A stretch of DNA of 64,000 nucleotides from Minisyncoccota bacterium (lineage in GTDB: Bacteria > Patescibacteriota > Minisyncoccia > Phycocordibacterales > Phycocordibacteraceae), in the NCBI GenBank assembly GCA_035531495.1, contig DATKSU010000006.1, positions 1,821 through 65,820 of the forward strand, read 5' to 3'. The translations under genes were made by a program, and so were the position numbers. The notes below the pieces were generated by a model. It was not told the DNA's origin and made no database searches. It saw only the letters and a list, made by a program, of their open reading frames with translations. This document shows, one piece after another, positions 1-17,533 of the stretch. Within the stretch, counting starts at the first letter, position 1. Every line of letters starts with the position of its first letter.

Positions 1-2
1 CA

Positions 3-80
3 GTGGAGGGCTTCGATGCGGCCGTGCTTCCCGATCAGTACGACAAGCCGCGCGTCATCACGGTCCGCTGAAAGCGGACG
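3..80 (+). CDS. 3' end of an upstream gene (partial, C-terminal 25 codons ...DQYDKPRVITVR*)
   Basis: Open frame entering from the window edge with host-like GC3-rich codons, ending in TGA at 78-80. A CCGCTGAAAGCGG hairpin overlaps the stop. Confidence 0.3.
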
Positions 81-105
81 ACGGTATCTGCTACAATCGG
101 CGTAT

Positions 106-1374
106 ATGTCCGAGCCGCTCTCGACCGACCCGTACAAGGGCGTCCGTGATTTCTATCCCGCCGATTGGGGGCGGCTCGAGGCCATGTTCGGCCGCATCCG
201 CGCGACGCTCCTCGCTTGGGGCTACGAGGGATACAACGCCTCTCCGCTCGAGCGAGCGGAGCTCTACGAGGCCAAGACGTCCGAGGAGATAGTCAACGAG
301 CAGACCTATACCTTCACCGACCGCGGCGCTCGAAGGGTCACCTTGCGCCCCGAGATGACGCCGACCCTCGCCCGCATGGTTGCGGAAAAGCGCCGCGAGC
401 TCGCCTTCCCGCTCCGCTGGTTTTCTATCGGCAACCGCTTCCGCTACGAGCGCCCGCAGAAGGGGCGCCTGCGCGAGTTCTATCAGGCGGACATCGACCT
501 CGTCGGCCTGCCCGAGGGCGAAGCCGACCTCGAAGTCGTGCGGCTCGCCGCCGCCATCCTGAAAGGATTCGGCGCCCCCGACGGCGATTTCGTCATCCGG
601 ATGAACTCCCGCCCGCTCCTCGACGCCGCGTGCGCTGCCGCCGGCCTCTCAGGAGGCGACGCGCGCCGTTACCTGCGTCTCCTCGACAAGAAGGACAAGA
701 TGAGCGCGGAGGATTTCGCGGCCGAGTCGAAGAAGATCGCCGCGAAGGACCCGCTCGCCGTCATCGAGGACGCGGGTTCCGACCCGCAGGTCGCGGCCGA
801 GAAGGAGAAGGTTCTCGAACGCATCAAGGCGCTCGCGGCGCGCGGCGTCGCGAACGCCGTCTTCGACGCGACGGTCACGCGCGGCTTCGACTACTACACG
901 GGCATGGTCTTCGAGGTGTATGACACGGACCCGGCGAACGCCCGCGCCCTCTTCGGCGGCGGCCGCTACGACCGCCTCGTCGCCCTCTTCAGTGGAGACC
1001 CGGTCCCGGCCGTCGGCTTCGCGACGGGCGACGTGACGCTCGCCGACTTCCTCGAGACGCATGGCCTCGCCCCCGACGGCGCGAATGGCCGGCCGCAGCT
1101 CTACCTCGGCACGCCGTCGCCCGCCGACATCCCGGCCGCGCAGGCCTTCGCGGATACGCTGCGGGAGAAGGGCTGCCGCATCTTCGTGAACCTCACCGAC
1201 CGGTCGCTCGGCGACCAGGTGCGCGAAGCCGTGAAGCGCGGCATCCCGCTCTTCATCGCCTACGGCGCGAATGAGATTGCGAATAACGCGGTGCGCATGA
1301 AGATACTCGCGACCGGCGAGGAATCCGGCCTCCCGGTCTCGGAGCTTCCCGCACGGCTCAAAGCCGGAAGCTAG
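106..1374 (+). CDS. hisS: histidyl-tRNA synthetase
   Basis: The translation has class II aaRS HisRS motifs (FRYERPQKGRLREFYQ, GGGRYD) and a C-terminal anticodon-binding domain. The start at M31 of the track ORF is preceded by TACAAT 8 nt upstream. Confidence 0.9.
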   Translation: MSEPLSTDPYKGVRDFYPADWGRLEAMFGRIRATLLAWGYEGYNASPLERAELYEAKTSEEIVNEQTYTFTDRGARRVTLRPEMTPTLARMVAEKRRELAFPLRWFSIGNRFRYERPQKGRLREFYQADIDLVGLPEGEADLEVVRLAAAILKGFGAPDGDFVIRMNSRPLLDAACAAAGLSGGDARRYLRLLDKKDKMSAEDFAAESKKIAAKDPLAVIEDAGSDPQVAAEKEKVLERIKALAARGVANAVFDATVTRGFDYYTGMVFEVYDTDPANARALFGGGRYDRLVALFSGDPVPAVGFATGDVTLADFLETHGLAPDGANGRPQLYLGTPSPADIPAAQAFADTLREKGCRIFVNLTDRSLGDQVREAVKRGIPLFIAYGANEIANNAVRMKILATGEESGLPVSELPARLKAGS

Positions 1375-1376
1375 CC

Positions 1377-1955
1377 ATGCGCTACCTCGTCTTCGACATC
1401 GAGACCGCCAATACCTTTCCGGGCCTCGCGCGCGCGGACCTCGACCGCCTCGAGCTTGCCCTCGTCGGCGTCTACGATTCCGGGACCGACGCCTATTCCT
1501 CGTACGTGAAAGAGGAGCTGCCGAAGCTCTGGCCGCTCATCGAGCGCACCGACCTCCTCATCGGCTTCAATTCCGATACCTTCGATATCCCGCTCTTGAA
1601 CCGCTACTACCCGGGCGACCTCACGCATGTGCGCTCCCTCGACCTCCTCGCCGAAGTGCAGAAAGCGCTCGGCCGGCGCATCCGGCTCCAGTCGCTCGCG
1701 GAAGCGACGCTCGGCAAGGGGAAGAAAGGCGACGGTCTGAAAGCCGTCGAGTGGTGGCGCGCGGGCGAAGTCGAGAAGGTCCGCGAGTACTGCCTCGAGG
1801 ACGTGCGCCTCACGAAGGAACTCTATGAATACGCCCGTACGAAGGGCTCCCTCAAATACAAGGACCTCCGCGACGTGCGCGACCTCAAGCTCGATACCTC
1901 CCGCTGGGGGAAAGCTATCGCGGCGCCATCCTTGACCCACGCGCTCCCGTTATGA
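1377..1955 (+). CDS. DEDD-family 3'-5' exonuclease (DnaQ/RNase T-like)
   Basis: N-terminal LVFDIETAN exo I motif typical of DEDD exonucleases. Its start is 3 nt after the hisS stop and its stop overlaps the next start (ATGA). Confidence 0.75.
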   Translation: MRYLVFDIETANTFPGLARADLDRLELALVGVYDSGTDAYSSYVKEELPKLWPLIERTDLLIGFNSDTFDIPLLNRYYPGDLTHVRSLDLLAEVQKALGRRIRLQSLAEATLGKGKKGDGLKAVEWWRAGEVEKVREYCLEDVRLTKELYEYARTKGSLKYKDLRDVRDLKLDTSRWGKAIAAPSLTHALPL

Positions 1956-2644
1956 GACCGGCTGCGACAATCCCTATCGCCATCGTCGCCGCCGGAATCA
2001 TCATCGCGGCCGCCGTCTACGTCACCGTCTCGAAGAATCACGGGGCTGCGGCCGTGGCGGATAATCCGGGCCTCATCCGCCCCGTGGAATCCTCCGACCA
2101 CATCTTCGGCAATCCTGCCGCGCCGGTGAAAATCATCGAGTACTCGGACTTCGACTGCGCGTACTGCAAGGGCTTCAACGATACGCTGCACGAGGTCATC
2201 GCGACGGAAGGCGCGAACGGCTCGGTCGCGTGGGTCTTCCGCGAATTCCCGCTCACCCAGGTCCACCCGGCCTCGCTCAAGCTCGCCGAGGCGGCGGAAT
2301 GCGCGGCAACGGTCGGCGGCAACGGCGCCTTCTGGAAATTCGCCGATACCCTCTTCGCGAACCAGCCGGTATCGCCGTCCGATTTCGGCGCCCTCGCCGC
2401 CGCGGTCGGCCTATCCGGCAGCGCCTTCGCATCCTGCTACGCGAACGCGTCGTCGACCGTCGACGCGCGTATCAAGGCGGATAGCAGCAACGCGCTCTCG
2501 ATGGGCGCGCACGGCACGCCTTACTCGATCATTCTCGCGCCGGACCAGCCGCCGGTCGTCATGGACGGCGCGTATTCCTACGACGCCGTGAGACAGCTCG
2601 TGGACGCGGCGCTCGCCGCCATCGCTTCCTCGACGGCGCCTTAA
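1952..2644 (+). CDS. DsbA-like thioredoxin-fold protein with N-terminal TM anchor
   Basis: CAYC (CxxC) active-site motif in FDCAYCKGF, a hydrophobic N-terminus, and the thioredoxin-like fold pattern. Confidence 0.75.
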   Translation: MRPAATIPIAIVAAGIIIAAAVYVTVSKNHGAAAVADNPGLIRPVESSDHIFGNPAAPVKIIEYSDFDCAYCKGFNDTLHEVIATEGANGSVAWVFREFPLTQVHPASLKLAEAAECAATVGGNGAFWKFADTLFANQPVSPSDFGALAAAVGLSGSAFASCYANASSTVDARIKADSSNALSMGAHGTPYSIILAPDQPPVVMDGAYSYDAVRQLVDAALAAIASSTAP

Positions 2645-3546
2645 GAGAGGCCGAGCCGGTAGATATCGAACGAGTTCTCGCCCTCGAACATGTCGGAAGG
2701 GTTCGGGAGGAAGAGCCGCGGACGGGCGAGCTCCGCGGTCGCGTCGTTCACGAGCCGCCGGAAGACCTCGAAAGATTCCGCGTGCGCGGCGTAATCGAGC
2801 ACGTAGCGGCGCAGCTGCGCCCCGCCATCCGCGTTCCGGCGCTTCTTGCATTCGTAGACGATGAAGCGGCGTACAGGCTTGCCGAAACGGTCGCGCACCG
2901 TGAAGTAATTGAAAAGGGCCTGGATGACGAAGAGCGGCTTCGCCGGCCCGAGCGAGCTGAACGAGTCCACGAACTTGTGATCGATGACGTCGACGGCGTC
3001 CGGATCCTCGCGCGAGACGACGACAAGATCCGACACGGCTTTGAGCGGGAGCGCGAAGCCTTCGACCGCAGCGACGGCGGCGACCTCGACGCCGAGCACG
3101 TCGTGCCGCGGCGCCCGCGCCAGATAGAAACCGATGGCCTGCAGGTACTCGCGTTCCATCGAGGCGCGCTTGGCCTTCTGCGCGGCGCGCGTCGCCGCTT
3201 TCCCGAAATTAAGCTCGAAGTCAGGCACGGCGCGCAGGTACTCGAGGCCGAGCGCGGTCGCCGTCGCCTTGTCCGCGCCGCTATAACACTTTCTCAAAAG
3301 TGCTTCCGAGGAAGCGGTGCCTCCAGCGTTCGCATAGCGCTCGCTCACCTGGAGGTAGAAATGCTCGAGCGCCTTGTGCCCCGCGCTCCCGACGACGGCC
3401 GACGGCGAGCGCGGCGCGTCGTATATCTTCTCGACGTAGCGCTTGTGCCAGGCAAGCGGGTTCCGGAGGAACGCCATGAGCGATGAATGGCTCCAGTGCT
3501 CGATAGGCAGGACCTTCCTCCGTGCGGACTTACGCGCCTTCTTCAT
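2641..3546 (-). CDS. PD-(D/E)XK superfamily nuclease
   Basis: VDVIDHKF and IVYECKK motifs match a D...D/ExK nuclease core. The start is taken at the first internal ATG (M24), which has a TACAAT box 6 nt upstream and no SD, so it looks leaderless. Confidence 0.65.
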   Translation of the reverse strand: MKKARKSARRKVLPIEHWSHSSLMAFLRNPLAWHKRYVEKIYDAPRSPSAVVGSAGHKALEHFYLQVSERYANAGGTASSEALLRKCYSGADKATATALGLEYLRAVPDFELNFGKAATRAAQKAKRASMEREYLQAIGFYLARAPRHDVLGVEVAAVAAVEGFALPLKAVSDLVVVSREDPDAVDVIDHKFVDSFSSLGPAKPLFVIQALFNYFTVRDRFGKPVRRFIVYECKKRRNADGGAQLRRYVLDYAAHAESFEVFRRLVNDATAELARPRLFLPNPSDMFEGENSFDIYRLGLS

Positions 3547-3704
3547 GCGGGCATTGTACCCCAACACTTCATAGCGCCCGCGCCCGGCGTTAGGGCACGA
3601 GGTAGCCCGCCGCAACGATGGCAGAAAAATTCGTCTTGAACAACCGTAACCGAGGAAGAAAAGCGAAACGGCGGGGAACCCCGCCGTTTTTTATCTGCTT
3701 AATA

Positions 3705-4946
<1,242 letters not shown>

Positions 4947-4963
4947 GGTAAGTAAATAAGATT

Positions 4964-6652
4964 TTAGTGATGTTCGCCGACGCGCGCGAGCCGTGCCGAG
5001 AGCGTCGCGCACTCGGCCTGCGCACGTCCAGCCGCGGCCGCATCGCCTGCGGCCTCGGCTCTTCGGAGTGAGTTCACTGCTTCTTGATACGCCTCGCGGA
5101 TCACCGCTTCTTCAAAGGCGCGGAGAAGTTCATCCGCAGCGTCCTCCGAGGGCTCCTCGCCAAGCATCTCTTCCGCTTTGAAGAGCGCGGCTTCCGGGAG
5201 CGCATCCGAGGGCAGCTGGTGAGCTTCGGTGATACGAGTGTACTCCCCTCGCACGCGCTCGGCAAGCGGCGTCCCGGGATAGGCCTGGATAACGGCGAGG
5301 AGCTGCTCGCTCCGCATCTCCCGCGGGGATCGCGCGGCGGCCGGCGCCTTCGCCGACGCTGTGGCCGGCGCCTCTTCCCTGATGACGGGTGATTTCGGCA
5401 CCGAACCGCGTACGGCTTCGTCGGAGAGTCCGAGCGCGCGGGCCGTGACATGCACGAAGTGCTCGCGCTCCATGGGGCTCGGGATGGCCGCAATCAAGGG
5501 GAGCACGATGCGCTCGGCAGCGCGCAGGAGCCGGTGCGGATCCGTCTCGCGCTCGGCGAGCGACGCGAGGAAGAACTCGACGACGGGCTTCGCCTCCTTG
5601 ATGCGGAGCGAGAACTCCTTCGGGTCTTCGAGCACGAGGTCCGCCGGGTCCTTGCCGGCCGGCAGTCGCGCCGCCTTCACCCGCAGACCCTGCGTGAGCG
5701 CGAGCGCGGCCGACTTCGCGGTTGCGGTGAGGCCGGCCGGATCCGCGTCGAGCGCGAGCATGAGGTTCTCGCTGTAGCGCTTCATGAGCGCGAGGTGCGC
5801 GGCAGTGAGCGCGGTTCCGGAGAGAGCGACGGCGTTTCCGAACCCCGCCTGGTGCGCGAGGAGGACGTCCATCTGCCCTTCGACAAGGAGCGTGAAGCCG
5901 CGGGTGCGGATGGCGTCTTTCGCGCGGTCGAGGCCGAAGAGGATGTCAGATTTATGGTAGAGCTCGGTCTCGGGGCTATTCAGATACTTGGCCGGCTCGT
6001 CGACCGCGAGCGCGCGACCCGTGAAGGCGACGACGCGGCCGGCGACGTCGCGTATCGGGAAGATGAGGCGATTCCGGAACCGGTCGTAGTAGGTGCCGGG
6101 CTTGCCGTCCGCTTCCTTCACGAGGCCGGCCGCCGCGAGCTCGCTCGCCGAGAAACCTTCGGCCGCGAGCGTCTCAAGGAGAGCCCGCCAGCCGTCCGGC
6201 GCATAGCCGAGCCGCCAGGCCGCCACCGTCTCGTCGGCGAGCCCGCGCTTCTTCGCATACGCCGCGGCCGGGCTGTCCGCGAGCGTGCGGGCGTACCATT
6301 CGGTCGCGCGCATCATCGCCTCGCGCAGCCGTTCCGTGCGGCTCGCGCGCTCTTTCGAACGCGAGTCGTAGACGAGCTCGACGCCCGCCTTTTCGGCGAG
6401 GATCTTCAGAGCGCCCTTAAAATCGACGCCCTCCACCTTCTCGACGAAGGAGAACAGGTCGCCACCGAGACCGCAGCCGAAGCAGTGCCACGTCCCGCGC
6501 TCGAGCGAGACGTGGAAGGACGACGTCTTCTCCTTGTGGAACGGGCAGAGGCCGACGAGCGACTTCCCTGCCCGCTTCAGCTTCACGTACGGGCTGATGA
6601 CGTCATTGATGGAGAGACGGTCCTTGATCTCGGCGACCGTATCCCGCGCCAT
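4964..6652 (-). CDS. dnaG: DNA primase
   Basis: Zinc-binding [13 protein letters not shown]...WHCFGCG motif and a TOPRIM region (LVEGQMD). Start at M33 ([13 protein letters not shown]), 4 nt after the rpoC stop. Confidence 0.9.
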   Translation of the reverse strand: MARDTVAEIKDRLSINDVISPYVKLKRAGKSLVGLCPFHKEKTSSFHVSLERGTWHCFGCGLGGDLFSFVEKVEGVDFKGALKILAEKAGVELVYDSRSKERASRTERLREAMMRATEWYARTLADSPAAAYAKKRGLADETVAAWRLGYAPDGWRALLETLAAEGFSASELAAAGLVKEADGKPGTYYDRFRNRLIFPIRDVAGRVVAFTGRALAVDEPAKYLNSPETELYHKSDILFGLDRAKDAIRTRGFTLLVEGQMDVLLAHQAGFGNAVALSGTALTAAHLALMKRYSENLMLALDADPAGLTATAKSAALALTQGLRVKAARLPAGKDPADLVLEDPKEFSLRIKEAKPVVEFFLASLAERETDPHRLLRAAERIVLPLIAAIPSPMEREHFVHVTARALGLSDEAVRGSVPKSPVIREEAPATASAKAPAAARSPREMRSEQLLAVIQAYPGTPLAERVRGEYTRITEAHQLPSDALPEAALFKAEEMLGEEPSEDAADELLRAFEEAVIREAYQEAVNSLRRAEAAGDAAAAGRAQAECATLSARLARVGEHH

Positions 6653-6656
6653 ATTT

Positions 6657-10379
<3,723 letters not shown>

Positions 10380-10400
10380 AGGATTCGAAATTAATCGCGT

Positions 10401-13577
<3,177 letters not shown>

Positions 13578-13728
13578 GTAGCGTGTCGGTGAAGCGGCTT
13601 GGTAAAAAATATATAAATGCGAACGCACGGACAGCTGTCCGCTCTCGCTCTGCGTTTATTCTTTCGCCCGTATGGTGCCCTCTGTTCCCCGCCCCCGGAA
13701 CTCATTCGTATCTTGTGTCCCTAAGGTA

Positions 13729-13762
13729 CCAGACCACCCCCGCCTCGCGCAAGGGGGTCTGG
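13729..13762 (-). terminator. hairpin immediately downstream of the trmD stop (weak terminator candidate, no U-tract)
   Basis: CCAGACC(A)CCCC/GGGGGTCTGG imperfect stem 10 nt after the trmD stop, at the head of a ~190-nt AT-richer rpoB leader that contains TATATAT. Confidence 0.3.
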
Positions 13763-13771
13763 GGATAATGG

Positions 13772-14422
13772 TCAGCGCCCGCGGCGCCACACATCAATTT
13801 TCGCATGGTGGCCCGTACGCAGGATCTTCGGAACACGGTAGCTCTTCTTTTTATAGGAAATGGTTTCGGGGCGGGTGTAGACCGCGCGGCTCGCGACGCG
13901 GCGCTCCTCGACCGATACGTCCTTGCCGAGCACCCCCGGGATGCGGCGGGTAACGGCGTCGACGACGGCGAGGGCCGGCACTTCTCCGCCCGTATACACA
14001 GCCTCGCCGACTGAGTATTCCTTCACGGGTGCGAGCGCCTTCAGCATCTTCTTCGCCCGCTCGTCGATGCCTTCGTATCGGCCGCAGACGAGAACGACAT
14101 CGTCGTATTTGCGGAGCGCGTCGGCGTTCTTGTTCGTGAATTGCCTGGCACCGGGACGCAGCCACACGACGACCTTCTTCCCCCTTCTCGCACCAATCGC
14201 CTTCTCTGCCGCTTTCACCACTGGCAAGGCCTGCATCACCATGCCGGGGCCGCCGCCGTAGGGACGCTCGTCCACCTTCCCCCATTTGTTCTCCACGAAA
14301 TCGCGCGGGTTGCGGTACGCTACGGAAATCTTCTTCTCTTTGCGCGCGCGGCCGACGATGGACGCGGACAGGTACGCGCCGCACGCGTCTTCGAAGAGGG
14401 TGATGAGGTGGAAATTAAGCAT
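13772..14422 (-). CDS. trmD: tRNA (guanine37-N1)-methyltransferase
   Basis: LITLFED...YDDVVLVCGRYEGIDERA...GGE TrmD signature. The start is chosen at MLNFHLITLF (M59 of the track ORF) on homology grounds. Confidence 0.85.
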   Translation of the reverse strand: MLNFHLITLFEDACGAYLSASIVGRARKEKKISVAYRNPRDFVENKWGKVDERPYGGGPGMVMQALPVVKAAEKAIGARRGKKVVVWLRPGARQFTNKNADALRKYDDVVLVCGRYEGIDERAKKMLKALAPVKEYSVGEAVYTGGEVPALAVVDAVTRRIPGVLGKDVSVEERRVASRAVYTRPETISYKKKSYRVPKILRTGHHAKIDVWRRGR

Positions 14423-14461
14423 AGCTCGTAGCAGATGGCTTATAGCATATAGTACGGAGAC

Positions 14462-14600
14462 GGAGCTAGCGACATGCGGTATTGGTGGCTCTCGCAGGCG
14501 AAGCAGCACGGCAATCTCTGCGCCGAAGAGAAACTGCATAAAAATTTGCGGGCCGAGAGCGAGCGCGCCGCCCGCTGGGACGGCGACTGCGTACACCGAA
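14462..14600 (+). ncRNA. copy 1 of a two-copy ~135-145 nt structured intergenic element (putative novel ncRNA or repeat)
   Basis: About 80% identical to 47473-47622, including shared GGCTCTCG...AAATTTGCG(R)GCCGAGAGCGAGCGCGCC blocks. A 13-bp closing stem (UGCGGUAUUGGUG/CACCGAAACCGCA) covaries with the 18-bp stem of copy 2. The G-U wobbles are compatible only with a plus-strand transcript. Confidence 0.5.
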
Positions 14601-14626
14601 ACCGCACGCCCGAACGAAGACCAGGC

Positions 14627-14944
14627 CTAAAGTTCGTCGACGACGTCGTCGATGGTCTTCGTCTTCGGCTCGTCCGCGACTTCCGGCGCGCGCTTGCCAC
14701 CGACCGGCTCGTTGATTTTGAGATTCGCGCGGGCGTTGCCTTTCATCCCCACGACCCGCAGGAGGATGCGAAGCGCCTCGGCCGTCTTGCCGCTCTTGCC
14801 GATAATCTTGCCCATATCATCCGGGTGGACGGTGAGCGTGAGGAGGACGCCCATCTGGTCGATGGTGCGCGTAGTGACGACGGCGTCGGGACGGTCGACG
14901 AGCGCCTTCACGACATATTCGAGAAACGCCTGATCCGGTTCCAT
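14627..14944 (-). CDS. KH-domain RNA-binding protein (YlqC/UPF0109-like)
   Basis: GKIIGKSGKTAEALR KH motif, and the conserved position between rpsP and trmD. Start at M85 of the track ORF (MEPDQAFLEY). Confidence 0.8.
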   Translation of the reverse strand: MEPDQAFLEYVVKALVDRPDAVVTTRTIDQMGVLLTLTVHPDDMGKIIGKSGKTAEALRILLRVVGMKGNARANLKINEPVGGKRAPEVADEPKTKTIDDVVDEL

Positions 14945-14993
14945 AGTAGTGCGCAGTATAGCATCGCGGCCCGCGAAGCGGGCCGGCGCCGGG

Positions 14994-15476
14994 TTACGCC
15001 GCTGGCGTCTCGGCAGGGGCTTCCTCGGCCTTCTCTTCGGGCTCCGCGGGCGCTTCGGGCGCCTTCTCTTCCGTCGGCGCGGGTTCCGCCTCCGCAGCCA
15101 CTTCTGCCTCGGTCGGCGCCGCAGGCACCGCGCCTTCCGCCGCGGGAGCCGCTGCCGCCGCTTCCTCGCCCTCCTTCCCCGCCTCCGGCGTGGCAAGCTT
15201 CTGGACGGTCCGGTGCGGCAGCGCGTTCACCTTCTTCCCTTCCATGACGCCTTTGGTGATGAAGAGGTTGCGGATGGAGTCGGTCGGCTGAGCGCCGTTC
15301 GCGAGCCAGATCTTCGCGCGCTCCGCATCGAGCGTGAGCGCCTTGCTCTTCGGGTTGTAGGTGCCGAGCTGCTCGATGGTCGCGCCGGACTTCGCCGCGC
15401 GCTCCTTCTCGAGCACCACGATGCGGAACGCCGGGTCATTCGTCCGGCCGATGCGCTGGAATCGGATCATCAACAT
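14994..15476 (-). CDS. rpsP: 30S ribosomal protein S16 with Ala/Glu/Pro-rich acidic C-terminal extension
   Basis: MIRFQRIGRTNDPAFRIVV...YNPK S16 core followed by an ~70-aa low-complexity AEP-rich tail. Start at MLMIRF. Confidence 0.85.
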   Translation of the reverse strand: MLMIRFQRIGRTNDPAFRIVVLEKERAAKSGATIEQLGTYNPKSKALTLDAERAKIWLANGAQPTDSIRNLFITKGVMEGKKVNALPHRTVQKLATPEAGKEGEEAAAAAPAAEGAVPAAPTEAEVAAEAEPAPTEEKAPEAPAEPEEKAEEAPAETPAA

Positions 15477-15516
15477 GTGGGCCGCACTATAGCAGAAGAC
15501 GCTTGATATTGCTAGA

Positions 15517-17484
15517 GTGGCAGAAATGGCCGCCGAGGAGCAGTACGAGGGACCCATCGTCATCACCCGCAAAGGCTTCGGGTTCTTCCCGATGGGCGAC
15601 GACGCGGAGGACCTCCTCATCCCGCCCGAGTGGACGAACCACGCGCTCGCGGGCGATGTCGTGCAGGTCGTTCCGGCCGGCACCTACTGCGACCCCTCGG
15701 GGCGCATGCCGCCGCGCGCGGCCGGTAAGGTGGTGGTCGTCGTCTCGCGCGCCCGCGAGATATTCGTCGGGACGCTCGTCGAGACGGACGGGCGCGTTCT
15801 CCTCGAGCCGGACTACAAGCGGATGCACATCCCGATCCTCGTGCGCGATACGAAGGGCGCGGACTTCGGCTACAAGGTCCTCGTGCGCCTGAGAGGCTGG
15901 GAGGACGGCGCCGAGTACCCGTGGGGCGTCGTCGAGGAAGTCATCGGCAAGGCCGGTGTGCACGAGACCGAGATGCGCGCGCTCGTCCTCGGCCAGGGAT
16001 TCTCGACCGAGTTCCCGCCGGGCGTCGGCGCCGAGATAAAGAACCTGCAGGAGCACGGCCGCGCGCTCATCGCGGCGGAAGCGGCGCGCATGGGCGACGG
16101 AAGCCCGCGCAAGGACTTTCGCGCGGCGCCGACTTGCACTATCGACCCCTTCGACGCGAAGGACTTCGACGACGCGCTCTCGGTGCGGATGCTCGAGGGC
16201 GGGAAGGTGGAGGTCGGCGTCCACATCGCGGACGTCTCCTTCTTCGTCGTACCCGGAACCGCTCTCGACAAGGAGGCGCTCGAGCGCGCGACGTCCGTCT
16301 ACCTCGTCGATCGAACCATCCCGATGCTCCCCGAGATCCTCTCGAACAACCTCTGCTCGCTGAATCCCGACCAGGACCGACTCGCCGTCTCCGCCGTCTT
16401 CACGCTCGACGAGAATGCGAACGTCCTTAGCGAGTGGTTCGGCGAGACGGTCATCCATTCCGACAAGCGCTTCACGTACGAGGAGGCGCAGACTGTCCTC
16501 GAGACGGGCACGGGCGCGATGCACGCGGAGCTCACGACGCTCCGCGACCTCGCGCAGAAGATACGCCGGAGCCGCCAAGCGAGAGGCGCCGTGGAATTCG
16601 ATACCGCGGAGGTCAAGGTGAAGCTCGACGCCGAGGGCAACCCAATCGGCATCGTGCTCAAGGAACGCAAGGATACGAACCTTCTTATCGAGGACTTCAT
16701 GCTCCTCGCCAACGAAGCGGTCGCGAAACATCTCGCAAAGCTCACCGAGAACGGCGGCCCGCATTTCGCGTCCCTCTACCGCGTGCACGATACGCCGGAC
16801 GCCGACCGCATCGAGAACCTCGCCAACCTCCTGCGCATCCTCGGCTACGATCTGAAGATGCACGCCGGCCGCGTGACCGGTACGGAGCTCAACCGTCTCC
16901 TCGACGCCGTGAAGGGCCGGCCGGAAGAATACCTCGTGAAGACCGCGACCCTGCGCTCGATGGCGAAGGCCGTCTACACGACGAAGAATATCGGCCACTT
17001 CGGCCTCGGTTTCGATTTCTATACGCACTTCACCTCGCCCATCCGCCGCTACCCGGACCTCGTCATCCATCGGCTCGTGAAAGCCCACGCGGGCGGCGCG
17101 CCGGTCACGCGGGCGGAGATGGAGGAATTCGACACGATCGCGCTGCATGCCTCCGAGCGCGAAGTCGCGGCGGCCGATGCCGAGCGCGACTCCGTCAAGA
17201 TGAAGCAAGTGCAGTACCTCGCCTCTCGCATCGGTGATGAGTTCGACGCCGTCATCTCGGGCGTCACCGACCGCGGCCTCTACGTCGAAGAGCGGACGAC
17301 GCATGCTGACGGCATGATCCGCATCAAGGACGTCGGCGACGATTATTTCGAATACGACGAGAAGCATTATCGCCTCGTCGGCCGCCGCACGAAGAAGGTC
17401 TTCCAGCTCGGCGACCCCGTCCGCGTCCGGCTCGTTGCCGCGCGCATCCACGAGCGCGAGCTCGACTTCGTACCTGTCTCCTGA
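15517..17484 (+). CDS. rnr: RNase R / RNase II family 3'-5' exoribonuclease
   Basis: RNB catalytic domain motifs (DPFDAKDFDDALSV, HFGLGFDFYTHFTSPIRRYPDL), an N-terminal cold-shock-like region and a C-terminal S1-like region. Confidence 0.9.
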   Translation: MAEMAAEEQYEGPIVITRKGFGFFPMGDDAEDLLIPPEWTNHALAGDVVQVVPAGTYCDPSGRMPPRAAGKVVVVVSRAREIFVGTLVETDGRVLLEPDYKRMHIPILVRDTKGADFGYKVLVRLRGWEDGAEYPWGVVEEVIGKAGVHETEMRALVLGQGFSTEFPPGVGAEIKNLQEHGRALIAAEAARMGDGSPRKDFRAAPTCTIDPFDAKDFDDALSVRMLEGGKVEVGVHIADVSFFVVPGTALDKEALERATSVYLVDRTIPMLPEILSNNLCSLNPDQDRLAVSAVFTLDENANVLSEWFGETVIHSDKRFTYEEAQTVLETGTGAMHAELTTLRDLAQKIRRSRQARGAVEFDTAEVKVKLDAEGNPIGIVLKERKDTNLLIEDFMLLANEAVAKHLAKLTENGGPHFASLYRVHDTPDADRIENLANLLRILGYDLKMHAGRVTGTELNRLLDAVKGRPEEYLVKTATLRSMAKAVYTTKNIGHFGLGFDFYTHFTSPIRRYPDLVIHRLVKAHAGGAPVTRAEMEEFDTIALHASEREVAAADAERDSVKMKQVQYLASRIGDEFDAVISGVTDRGLYVEERTTHADGMIRIKDVGDDYFEYDEKHYRLVGRRTKKVFQLGDPVRVRLVAARIHERELDFVPVS

Positions 17485-17501
17485 CACGACGGATAAAAAG
17501 A

Positions 17502-17518
17502 GCCGGCCCAAGGCCGGC
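17502..17518. terminator. bidirectional hairpin terminator between convergent rnr and small ORF
   Basis: GCCGGCC-CAA-GGCCGGC stem. It is followed by UCUUUUUAUCC on the minus strand and preceded by an A-run on the plus strand. Confidence 0.45.
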
Positions 17519-17533
17519 ATCGGGATTCGGTAT

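Noticed and set aside
14474-15247. Track ORFs 14474-15247 (+) and 47436-47777 (+), which share AKQHGN..AE...NLRAESERA: a conserved small protein?
   Set aside because: Identity is at the nucleotide level, and indels shift the frame after about 30 codons. Paired compensatory changes indicate RNA or DNA structure instead. Reported as a structured repeat.
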